From positions 23,045-87,044 of IMG/VR virus record IMGVR_UViG_3300043464_001162: a stretch of 64,000 nucleotides of DNA; one strand, written 5' to 3'. The notes under the pieces are model-generated. The model was given only the letters and a program-made list of their open reading frames with translations. It made no database searches and was not told the origin of the DNA. The DNA is from a virus. Taxonomy: Duplodnaviria > Caudoviricetes. The position numbers were made by a program, and so were the translations under genes. Positions 1 through 8,542 of the stretch are shown one piece after another. The first letter of the stretch is position 1. Every line of letters begins with the position of its first letter.

Positions 1-2
1 AT

Positions 3-227
3 ATAATTGCAGTAAAACCTGTTAATGGATATTTACCAACACATTATAGAAATACATCAGATTTGACAAGAGGATTGGAAAATTCTTTCTTTAAGGGTTC
101 AAAAAATACTGCAGCTACGACTTTGGATGGTGCACCACCGGTTGAAACATTTGTATCTAATCCAAATACATTGACAGTAAATAGAACAGGTAGAAATACT
201 TCTGAACCAATTTTAGAAGTAGAATAA
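3..227 (+). CDS. 3' end of a probable virion structural protein (5'-truncated by window edge)
   Basis: Open frame from position 3 (IIAVKPVNGYLPTHYRN...EPILEVE) to TAA at 225-227, directly upstream of baseplate-type genes. Confidence 0.6.
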   Translation: MIAVKPVNGYLPTHYRNTSDLTRGLENSFFKGSKNTAATTLDGAPPVETFVSNPNTLTVNRTGRNTSEPILEVE

Positions 228-246
228 ACGGAATTTTAAAATAATT

Positions 247-255
247 ATATTTATA
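247..255 (+). promoter_or_regulatory. Putative phage late promoter motif ATATTTATA
   Basis: Same motif recurs in nearly every intergenic gap before structural genes. Confidence 0.6.
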
Positions 256-275
256 ACAAAAGATAATATTATACT

Positions 276-899
276 ATGGGATATTTAAGTAACACAGAAT
301 TAACCGTTGATGCAATTCTTACCAAAAAAGGTAGAGAAAAGTTAGCAGCAGGTCAAGGATTAAACATCACTCAATTTGCATTAGCAGATGATGAAATTGA
401 TTACACACTTTACGAACCAGCACATCCATTGGGTTCGGCTTATTATGATGCAGCTATTAAAAATATGCCTGTATTAGAAGCTAATCCGGATGAGACTCAA
501 GTAATGAAGTATAAGTTAGTAACTTTACCAAAAAATACAACCAGAATTCCGGTTGTTGAATTTGGTGTTCCTAACATTTCAGTTAATCAAAGAAGTGGTG
601 AGGTTGCATTATCGCCAACTACATCTCCAGCAGGAAATAGAAGTTTAGGATATACAATTGTATTATCTAATAAAAATGCAGGTGATATTATCGGTGAAGG
701 TGTAACATCAGAAATTGGTTCAGTTCCAGTATTTATCGGTGACGATGTATCTGCAACTGCAGCAATAGCTAAAGGATTATCATTCAAATTTATTCCAAAC
801 CCATCATTAACGTCAACCATTAGAACTACAATTACAGTTTATGGCAACGAAACGGGTGGTTCACAAACAATTCCAATAACAGTAACTTACGTTCAATAA
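276..899 (+). CDS. Virion structural protein (baseplate/tail-collar-like)
   Basis: ILTKKGREKLA...ITQFALADD resembles the N-terminus of tail-collar/fibre proteins; beta-rich C-terminus. Confidence 0.55.
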   Translation: MGYLSNTELTVDAILTKKGREKLAAGQGLNITQFALADDEIDYTLYEPAHPLGSAYYDAAIKNMPVLEANPDETQVMKYKLVTLPKNTTRIPVVEFGVPNISVNQRSGEVALSPTTSPAGNRSLGYTIVLSNKNAGDIIGEGVTSEIGSVPVFIGDDVSATAAIAKGLSFKFIPNPSLTSTIRTTITVYGNETGGSQTIPITVTYVQ

Positions 900-908
900 T
901 AAAATACT

Positions 909-2147
909 ATGGCAGTAATAAGAGACAGTAGAGGAAGCCTTTTAGCAAGTAATATATCAAATTACTTAGCAGGTGCAGCAAACACCGCAGGGACTCCAGT
1001 AGATACTAACGAATTAGTTAGAATCGTAAACCAATTTTTAGGAACCGGTGAACAAATCAGTTCCGACATAACTACCATCACAAATGGTATTTATAAAAAA
1101 TTTGGAACAATTGACAAAGTAACCAACAGAACTGAAATCGTAACTTCTGGAATATGGAGTGGTGATAATGGTTCGTTAAATTTATTTTTCACTTCATCGG
1201 AACAACAATCTAGTGTTAGTGGTAAATATTATTTAGATGTATATAATGAAAATGCAACATCTGCATCTGCAGAAGTTCAATTCTCAATCGCTTATGGTGA
1301 TGTGAATGGATATGGTGCACCTACATTACAACAAACTGATACATCAAACTTGCCAACAAAGGCAACTTATAATCAATTTAAGAATGTTTTATTAGATAGT
1401 TCTGATGCGTTCTTTAGTGTTTATACAGGTTCAGTTGCTGGTGGCCACAATTTAGAGAACTTCTATGTAATCAATGTAAATAGAGCTAGATACAAAGAAA
1501 GATTAGACCCAGGTAATTTTTCAATAGAATTATCAGGTTCAGTAGGTTCTTTGACACTTATTGATGATAGTGGTGGTTCTGATGAAAATGTGACAACTGC
1601 AGGTAGAGTTTATAATGTAGTTGAAGGAACTTTAAATATAGGTTCTGCATTGACTTCAAGTATTACATCGGTTTTTGATTCAACTTCTGGACAAGGATAT
1701 GGTTTATTCTATCCTGATATGGGAATTATATTATTAAACCCAACAGCTTTAAAAAATACCGTTGATATAAAATTATCACCGGCTAACTCATCTATAACAG
1801 ATATATATCACCAAAACAATGGTGCAAACTCTGGTTCAATTGCATTATTAAATTCAATGGCAGGTGGTGCAGACTTCCAAATGAGAAGAACTGAGAATGT
1901 TTCTACATCTCACTACTTTGTAAGAGCAAACAATAGAGAATTTAACTTCTCAAACAACCCAACATTCGTAACAGGATTAGTAGGTGAGTTTGTTCAACCA
2001 TTATTTGAAAGAGACCCTAAAGTTTACATTACAACGGTTGGTCTTTATGATGATGCAAACGAATTATTAGCAGTAGCTAAAGTTTCTAAACCAATTGAAA
2101 AATCATTTGATAAAGAAATTGCTATCAAAGTTAAATTAGACTTCTAA
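909..2147 (+). CDS. Baseplate/tail-associated structural protein
   Basis: C-terminal ITTVGLYDDANELLAVAK motif typical of tail-collar/baseplate proteins; S/T/G-rich. Confidence 0.55.
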   Translation: MAVIRDSRGSLLASNISNYLAGAANTAGTPVDTNELVRIVNQFLGTGEQISSDITTITNGIYKKFGTIDKVTNRTEIVTSGIWSGDNGSLNLFFTSSEQQSSVSGKYYLDVYNENATSASAEVQFSIAYGDVNGYGAPTLQQTDTSNLPTKATYNQFKNVLLDSSDAFFSVYTGSVAGGHNLENFYVINVNRARYKERLDPGNFSIELSGSVGSLTLIDDSGGSDENVTTAGRVYNVVEGTLNIGSALTSSITSVFDSTSGQGYGLFYPDMGIILLNPTALKNTVDIKLSPANSSITDIYHQNNGANSGSIALLNSMAGGADFQMRRTENVSTSHYFVRANNREFNFSNNPTFVTGLVGEFVQPLFERDPKVYITTVGLYDDANELLAVAKVSKPIEKSFDKEIAIKVKLDF

Positions 2148-2170
2148 TCGGAGAATATATTAAAAAATGT

Positions 2171-2195
2171 AAAGCCCCCTCTTTTGGGGGTTTTT
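2171..2195 (+). terminator. Intrinsic terminator
   Basis: AAAGCCCCC-TCTTTT-GGGGG-TTTTT hairpin plus T-tract after the stop at 2147. Confidence 0.75.
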
Positions 2196-2205
2196 CATTA
2201 AAAGA

Positions 2206-2214
2206 ATATTTATA
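2206..2214 (+). promoter_or_regulatory. Putative late promoter motif ATATTTATA
   Basis: Recurrent intergenic motif, immediately after a terminator. Confidence 0.6.
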
Positions 2215-2220
2215 TACGAT

Positions 2221-3420
2221 ATGTTAAAAAGAATACCAAAGTCGGATATTAGTATAAGGCCATTTAAGGCCTACAAAGAATGGAGTTTCAATGAAAGTTC
2301 TACGGGAAGTATTTCATTATTAGAAGCAGATATATCTTCGGGGGACATTAATCTATTCAATGACAATTCAGGGTCCGTACCAAAAAGTTCATTATATGGT
2401 CAACTTAGGGCCCAATTTTACAATGATTTGGGGGATAATCCATTTTTAAGAACTGGAAATAAAACAAAATCATATTCCAATGCATTTTTCGTTAAGGAGA
2501 GATTTTTAAGTGGTTCTGCAAAAGTAATATCAATTCCAAATGTATATGTTGGTGAGGGCATAAAAAAAGGGTCTGTTGTTTTAACTGATAATATTGATGA
2601 ATTGGATGAAATTTCATATTTTGATGATTCATTTGGAAATCTACAAGATAGTAGAGACAAATTATTATTATCTAGATTGGGGGTAAATGAAGAGGTAATT
2701 CAATTTGAGGATTTGGCAGAATATGGATATACGGGTTCAATATTGGATTTGTTAGGTGATTTCGATGTTGAATCAAAGACATTAAATATAACATACAATG
2801 GTGAATCATATGACTTAATAGTAGATTCTATTGACATTAATAATGGAGCTATTATTGCAAAAAATATTCCATTTTTACCAGAAGAATCACAAGGTATAAA
2901 AATTGGTAACATATTCTATAATCAAGGATTAGTCGTATTAACCAGAGATTCTGAATTAAAATTACAAAATCAATGGAAGTTGGATTATAAATCTACACAA
3001 ACAATATACGAACATGAGTATTTATTGATTGCAAATGAGGATGAATTTAATGTGTCACAAAATCCATCGGCAATAATTGAGGTTGGTAAAGAAACGCAAA
3101 GATACATAACTTCCGATGGTAAAACTATGAGTGTTATTACAAATCCTGGAGTAAGTTATATCAAAAAGAAATCGGTATTAGAAAATGGTAATATATTAGA
3201 TTATGGGTATACGGGTTCTATTGGACATTCAAAGGCGGGATTTGAACATTATGAATTAAGTGGTTCGGTAGATAGTACGGGTTCATTCTTAGCACCATTC
3301 ATTACAACCATTGGACTATATGATGACAATTGTGATTTAGTTGCAGTTGCTAAACTTCCACAACCTATTAAGTCGGAACCAGATATTCCGGTAAACTTTA
3401 TTATTCGTTTTGATACATAA
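2221..3420 (+). CDS. Baseplate/tail-associated structural protein (paralog of 909..2147)
   Basis: Shares EFNxSxNP and ITTIGLYDD...LVAVAK motifs with the preceding ORF. Confidence 0.55.
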   Translation: MLKRIPKSDISIRPFKAYKEWSFNESSTGSISLLEADISSGDINLFNDNSGSVPKSSLYGQLRAQFYNDLGDNPFLRTGNKTKSYSNAFFVKERFLSGSAKVISIPNVYVGEGIKKGSVVLTDNIDELDEISYFDDSFGNLQDSRDKLLLSRLGVNEEVIQFEDLAEYGYTGSILDLLGDFDVESKTLNITYNGESYDLIVDSIDINNGAIIAKNIPFLPEESQGIKIGNIFYNQGLVVLTRDSELKLQNQWKLDYKSTQTIYEHEYLLIANEDEFNVSQNPSAIIEVGKETQRYITSDGKTMSVITNPGVSYIKKKSVLENGNILDYGYTGSIGHSKAGFEHYELSGSVDSTGSFLAPFITTIGLYDDNCDLVAVAKLPQPIKSEPDIPVNFIIRFDT

Positions 3421-3423
3421 TTT

Positions 3424-3432
3424 ATATTTATA
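3424..3432 (+). promoter_or_regulatory. Putative late promoter motif ATATTTATA
   Basis: Recurrent intergenic motif. Confidence 0.55.
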
Positions 3433-3451
3433 AGTAAATAAAACAAAAAAC

Positions 3452-3715
3452 ATGTCAAATATTTTAAAAAAATACGATGAACTAAAAGATACTGCGAGAT
3501 TAGATGCTCCACAACCAAAGATGGTGGATGGTAATAAATTAAAAGATTTAACTCCATATACTAAAGGTAATAGAGATAAACAAGTTGCTGATGATGAATC
3601 TGGTATAATTGATTTAGAAAAAAGAACTGGATTACCTAGATATGGTTTGGCTTCTGCAATTGGTGCATTGGGATATACCGATAAGAAAAAATATGGTGAT
3701 ACTCCTAGAAAATAA
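3452..3715 (+). CDS. Hypothetical protein (87 aa)
   Basis: ORF fills the gap; A-rich start context; preceded by the motif. Confidence 0.65.
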   Translation: MSNILKKYDELKDTARLDAPQPKMVDGNKLKDLTPYTKGNRDKQVADDESGIIDLEKRTGLPRYGLASAIGALGYTDKKKYGDTPRK

Positions 3716-3724
3716 AACATTTTA

Positions 3725-4153
3725 ATGGTTAAGAAAAAAGTTACAAAAAAGAACAATCCAAAGTGGGTTGCTAAAAAGTATGGATTTAAGTCTGGTTTAG
3801 AGGAATCCATATCATCACAAATAGAAAGTAGAGGAATAGTAGTAGAATATGAAACCGAAAAGGTTGCATATATTATACCTGCATCCGAACATAACTACCA
3901 TCCTGATTTCAAACTACCCAATGGTATTAGAGTCGAGACCAAAGGTAGATTTGTTGCAGCAGACCGCAAGAAACACCAATTAGTAAAGGAACAAAACCCT
4001 AATTTGGATATTCGTTTCGTATTTTCCAATTCAAAGAACAAAATCAGCAAAAACTCCAAAACTACATACGGAATGTGGTGTGAAAAGAACGGATTTAAGT
4101 ATGCCGATAAATTCATCCCAGAAGATTGGTTTTTAGAGGAAAATAGACCATAA
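3725..4153 (+). CDS. T7 endonuclease I-like Holliday junction resolvase
   Basis: FKSGLE, YHPDF-LPNG, ETKGRF, DRKKH, LDIRFVF and TTYGMWCEKNGF match the phage endonuclease I family. Confidence 0.9.
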   Translation: MVKKKVTKKNNPKWVAKKYGFKSGLEESISSQIESRGIVVEYETEKVAYIIPASEHNYHPDFKLPNGIRVETKGRFVAADRKKHQLVKEQNPNLDIRFVFSNSKNKISKNSKTTYGMWCEKNGFKYADKFIPEDWFLEENRP

Positions 4154-4157
4154 ATTA

Positions 4158-4189
4158 TTTGGTAATATCAAATATTTGTCGTATATTTA
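4158..4189 (+). promoter_or_regulatory. Bacteroidota-type housekeeping-sigma promoter (TTTG-N20-TATATTTA)
   Basis: TTTG 4158-4161, 20-nt spacer, TATATTTA 4182-4189; close to the TTTG/TAnnTTTG consensus. Confidence 0.55.
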
Positions 4190-4193
4190 GGGG

Positions 4194-5135
4194 GTGTTGA
4201 AGCAAAATGATAAGAATATAGTCGTATCTACCCTAACTGGTGTTTTAGGTAGTCATCTCACTCTAAAAGGGAATGAGCTAGCATTTTATTGTCCTTTTTG
4301 CAATCATCACAAACCAAAACTACAAGTTAATACGGAAACTCAAAAGTGGCATTGTTGGACTTGTAATAGTGGTGGTAAAAAATTGACCTCTTTATTAAAG
4401 AAATTAGATGTTGATAGAAAGACTATTTCAATCATTAGAGAAATCTACGGAGATAGTAATTATAACCCACAATTAGAGGATGCCGATACAAAGGTGTTCA
4501 TTTCCCTACCAAAAGAATTTATATCACTTAGTGAGACTCCCAAAGGGTTTAATCCAGAATATAAACATGCAATACATTACCTTACTCAAAGAGGTATTAC
4601 TGAAAAGGACATAATCAAATATAACATAGGATATTGTAAAGAAGGATTATATGGACAAAGAGTAATTATACCATCATACAATTCCGATGGTTCGTTAAAT
4701 TACTTTGTTTCTCGTTCGTATTATCCGGACAACAAAATGAAATACAAAAATCCTCCAATCAGTAAAAATGTAATATGTTTTGATTCACAAGTTAATTGGA
4801 ACGAACCGATTATATTATGTGAGGGTGTATTTGACGCAATCACAATTAAAAGAAATGCAATTCCATTATTAGGTAAGTTTCCATCCAGAACATTGGTGGA
4901 GAAAATCTTTATGAGTGGAATTACTGACATTATTATTTCATTGGATAACGATGCTATCAACGAAGCACTTAAAGCTGCTGAGTATTTTAGAAAACAAGGT
5001 ATTCATGTAAAAATGATGTATCTTAAAGATAAAGATGCCGCCGATATGGGGTATGAAAAATTCTACGAAGAGTTAAAGGAGGCCAAAGAGTTTTCATCGG
5101 AAGAATTATTATTGAACAAAATAAATTCATTATGA
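4194..5135 (+). CDS. DNA primase (zinc finger + TOPRIM), GTG start
   Basis: CPFC..H...HCWTC zinc finger; CEGVFD and LDND TOPRIM acidic motifs; KDAAD. Confidence 0.9.
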   Translation: MLKQNDKNIVVSTLTGVLGSHLTLKGNELAFYCPFCNHHKPKLQVNTETQKWHCWTCNSGGKKLTSLLKKLDVDRKTISIIREIYGDSNYNPQLEDADTKVFISLPKEFISLSETPKGFNPEYKHAIHYLTQRGITEKDIIKYNIGYCKEGLYGQRVIIPSYNSDGSLNYFVSRSYYPDNKMKYKNPPISKNVICFDSQVNWNEPIILCEGVFDAITIKRNAIPLLGKFPSRTLVEKIFMSGITDIIISLDNDAINEALKAAEYFRKQGIHVKMMYLKDKDAADMGYEKFYEELKEAKEFSSEELLLNKINSL

Positions 5136-8100
5136 GTTTAAGAAAAATTTATCATATAGCGGATGTACATATCCGCAATGTGAAAAGACACAAAGAGTAT
5201 AGACAGGTATTTGAATTGATGTTTGAGGAAATCCGTAAAAGAGGAACCGAAGACGCAATTATATATTTAGCAGGTGATATTGCACATGCGAAATTGGAAA
5301 TGAGTCCAGAATTAGTCAACGAAATAAGTTGGTTATTCAAAGAGTGTGCTAAAACTTGTCCTACAATTCTTATTACTGGAAATCACGATTGTAATATGAA
5401 CAATATGGATAGAATGGATGTTCTTACTCCTATCGTAGATGCATTGGAATTAAAAGACTTTTATTACCTAAAAGATACACAGGTATTTTCTATTGGTGGT
5501 GTTGATTTTTCAGTATTTTCAATTTTGGATAACAAAGACAATTGGATTACTGCTGATAAACTATTTGGTAATAAAAAAATTGCATTATTCCACGGACCTG
5601 TTGATAATTCTCAAACTGATATAGGTTATGTAGTAAGTAGTAGACATTTTACAACGGATATATTTGATGGTTTTGATTTAGCCTTATTGGGTGATATTCA
5701 TAAGCGTCAGGAGATGATTTCTCCAAAAGGATGTAAGGTGGTTTATGCAGGTTCATTGGTTCAACAAAACTTTGGTGAAACATTGGGTAGACATGGTTTT
5801 TTAGCATGGGATTTGGACACAATGACTTACGAAGAAATTGACTTACAAAATGATTATGGTTATTATACAATGGATATTGACAATGGTAAAGTTCCAGTTG
5901 TAAATGATATGCCAAAACACCCTCGTTTAAGAGTAAGATTGTCAAACACCGATACTGCCGATACTAAAAAGGTAATTGCAGAAATCAAAATGAAATATGG
6001 TGTTGAAGATTTTACAATTATTAGAACGGACTCATTATCAAAAAAGAAAACAGGAGATAGACAAAATAAATTAGACTTTGAAGACATTTCCGATATCAAT
6101 TATCAAAACTCTTTAATCAATGAGTATGTAGAAAGGATGATGCCATTCGTTGATAAGAAAGATTTGGCAGAATTGGAAAATATTAACAGAGATGTAAATA
6201 GTAGAATTGTACATGAAGATACTTTAAGAAACATTATGTGGAAACCAATTAGATTTGAGTTTTCTAATATGTTTAGTTATGGTGAAGATAATAAAATTGA
6301 CTTTAATAAGTTAAATGGGTTGATGGGATTGTTTGCACCAAACGCACAAGGTAAGTCATCTATATTTGATGCTATTTCATTTTGTCTTTATGATAAAAGT
6401 AGTAGAGCATTCAAAGCTGCTAACATTCTAAACAATCGTAAGACTGATTTTAGATGTTATTTGAATTTCCAAGTTAATGGTGTAGATTACTTTATTGAAA
6501 GAACTGCAAAAACAATTAACAAAGGTAAGAATGTAAAAGTTGATGTAAACTTTTGGTATATTGATGGTGATGAGAAAATATCTTTGAACGGAACTGAAAG
6601 GAGAGATACAAATCAGGTCATTGAACAATATGTTGGTAAGTATGAAGATTTTGTATTGACTACATTATCTTTACAAGGTAATAACTCTATATTCATTGAT
6701 AAGTCACAAAGTGAGAGGAAAGACTTACTTGCTCAATTTATGGGATTAAATGTTTTTGATAAATTATATGAAACTGCAACCGAAGATATTAAAGAAGTTT
6801 CAGTATTGATTAAGAACTTTAAGAAAACGGACTTTACAACGGAACTTGTAGATAAAGCAAATGAGTTGAAAGATAAGAAAGGTGAATTAAAAGAATTTGA
6901 GAAAGAATTGGCTAAGTTGAATGGTAATAAGGGTGGGTTAGATGGTATTATATTGGAATTAAGTAGAAACCTTACTCCAATTGACTCTAATTTGGACTTA
7001 CCTAAATTGGAAGAAAAAAGAAAGGGTTTGGGTGAAGATATTCAAAACAATACAACTTTAATTGGGACAAAAGAAACATTCATTAAAATATTAGAAGGAA
7101 AAATTGAAGAAATTTCACAATCAATAGATGAAAAGAAACAATCAAATGGTATTGATATAGAAATTGTCTATTCAAACTATCAACGAGAACAAAAATCTTT
7201 AATTGAAGCTACTAAAGTATATGACACTGCAAAAGTGTATTTAAGGGGTGCAGAAGAAAAGATTAAACATTTGGATAAACATGAATATGACCCAAATTGT
7301 AAATTTTGTTGTGATAACACATTTGTAAAAGATGCAATGAAGTCAAAAGAAGCATTGCCTCAATTACAAGAAATAGTTAAACAAGCAATGATTGATTGTG
7401 TTGGTATTCAACAAACCATAGATACGATGGAAGGTGTTGAGGAACAATATAATGAATTGACCGACTTAAAAATAAAACTTGGACAATCCAAAGGTATCTT
7501 AAAAACGGCAGAGGCCGAATTGAAGGGGTTGGAAACAAAAGAAGAATTATTACAAACTCAATTAGATAAAGTTGAAGAAGATATTGAGAAGTATTTTGAA
7601 AATGAAGAAACAATTGAAAGCAATAAAGAGTTAGAAAAACAAATCAAAGAATTAGAGGTAGAGAAACATAAAATTGAGTTGGATATTAAAGATATCAGTA
7701 AACAGATAGCTACTACAAATGGTTCTATTTCATCATTACAGACCTATATAGAGGGTATAAAGCAGAAGATGAGTGATGTTAAGGACTTAGAAGAAAAGAA
7801 CCGATTATACACCTATTATTTAGATGCTGTGAAGAGAGATGGTATTCCATATGAGTTGATTAGTAAAGCACTTCCGGTAATTGAAAATGAAATCAATAAC
7901 ATTCTTGCACAAGTAGTAGACTTTGGTGTGACAATGGAAATGGATGGCAAATCTATCAATGCAAAGATTGTTTACGAAGACCAGGAATGGCCATTGGAGA
8001 TGTGTAGTGGTATGGAGAAGTTTGTAAGTGGGTTGGCTATTAGAGTTGCACTTATTAATGTATGTAATTTGCCTCGTCCAAACTTCTTAGTGGTGGATGA

Positions 8101-8275
8101 AGGATTTGGAACATTAGATGCAGACAATTTATCATCTTTATTTATGATGATGCAATATTTGAAAACTCAATTCGATTTTATATGGATGATTTCTCACTTA
8201 GAACAAATGAGAGACATCGTAGACGGATTAATTGAAATAAAAAAAGAAAATGGATTTAGTAAGATTGATTTCTAA
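5132..8275 (+). CDS. Fused SbcD/Mre11-type nuclease and SbcC/Rad50-type ATPase (T4 gp47-gp46-like)
   Basis: N-terminal DVH, GD, GNHD, HG, GDIH metallophosphoesterase motifs; Walker A NAQGKSS, coiled coil with CKFC hook, SGME signature, Walker B VVDEG, ISH. Confidence 0.9.
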   Translation: MSLRKIYHIADVHIRNVKRHKEYRQVFELMFEEIRKRGTEDAIIYLAGDIAHAKLEMSPELVNEISWLFKECAKTCPTILITGNHDCNMNNMDRMDVLTPIVDALELKDFYYLKDTQVFSIGGVDFSVFSILDNKDNWITADKLFGNKKIALFHGPVDNSQTDIGYVVSSRHFTTDIFDGFDLALLGDIHKRQEMISPKGCKVVYAGSLVQQNFGETLGRHGFLAWDLDTMTYEEIDLQNDYGYYTMDIDNGKVPVVNDMPKHPRLRVRLSNTDTADTKKVIAEIKMKYGVEDFTIIRTDSLSKKKTGDRQNKLDFEDISDINYQNSLINEYVERMMPFVDKKDLAELENINRDVNSRIVHEDTLRNIMWKPIRFEFSNMFSYGEDNKIDFNKLNGLMGLFAPNAQGKSSIFDAISFCLYDKSSRAFKAANILNNRKTDFRCYLNFQVNGVDYFIERTAKTINKGKNVKVDVNFWYIDGDEKISLNGTERRDTNQVIEQYVGKYEDFVLTTLSLQGNNSIFIDKSQSERKDLLAQFMGLNVFDKLYETATEDIKEVSVLIKNFKKTDFTTELVDKANELKDKKGELKEFEKELAKLNGNKGGLDGIILELSRNLTPIDSNLDLPKLEEKRKGLGEDIQNNTTLIGTKETFIKILEGKIEEISQSIDEKKQSNGIDIEIVYSNYQREQKSLIEATKVYDTAKVYLRGAEEKIKHLDKHEYDPNCKFCCDNTFVKDAMKSKEALPQLQEIVKQAMIDCVGIQQTIDTMEGVEEQYNELTDLKIKLGQSKGILKTAEAELKGLETKEELLQTQLDKVEEDIEKYFENEETIESNKELEKQIKELEVEKHKIELDIKDISKQIATTNGSISSLQTYIEGIKQKMSDVKDLEEKNRLYTYYLDAVKRDGIPYELISKALPVIENEINNILAQVVDFGVTMEMDGKSINAKIVYEDQEWPLEMCSGMEKFVSGLAIRVALINVCNLPRPNFLVVDEGFGTLDADNLSSLFMMMQYLKTQFDFIWMISHLEQMRDIVDGLIEIKKENGFSKIDF

Positions 8276-8441
8276 GAACCATCTTATCAGCCTTCAACAC
8301 ACTTGATTGTGGTTTTGAGACACCAATGTGTTTCTTAATTAGATTTTCAACTAGACTACCCATTTTAAACCCGTGTTCTTCACAATATTCTTTGAGAAGT
8401 TCATGGGTTTCTTTTTTGATTTGTAACATTGCGTATTTCAT
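8256..8441 (-). CDS. Ribbon-helix-helix (CopG/Arc-like) DNA-binding protein
   Basis: YAMLQI strand, KETHELLKEYCEEHG helix, G turn, KMGSLVENLIKKHI helix; own promoter motif on the minus strand. Confidence 0.7.
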   Translation of the reverse strand: MKYAMLQIKKETHELLKEYCEEHGFKMGSLVENLIKKHIGVSKPQSSVLKADKMVLRNQSY

Positions 8442-8449
8442 AACTTATT

Positions 8450-8491
8450 TAGTTTTCTTTAGTTTTTTAAAGACTTTATTAGTTTTCTTTA
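8450..8491. repeat. TAGTTTTCTT direct repeats (putative RHH operator)
   Basis: TAGTTTTCTTTAGTTTT 8450-8466 and TAGTTTTCTTTA 8480-8491; same 17-mer at 49709-49725. Confidence 0.6.
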
Positions 8492-8500
8492 TATAAATAT
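8492..8500 (-). promoter_or_regulatory. Putative late promoter motif ATATTTATA driving the RHH gene
   Basis: Reverse-complement copy upstream of the only convincing minus-strand gene. Confidence 0.6.
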
Positions 8501-8521
8501 GAGATAATAATTTTTTTGAAG

Positions 8522-8530
8522 ATATTTATA
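8522..8530 (+). promoter_or_regulatory. Putative late promoter motif ATATTTATA
   Basis: Upstream of the tail fibre and the tightly packed enzyme genes that follow. Confidence 0.6.
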
Positions 8531-8542
8531 GAAAAGATTTAA

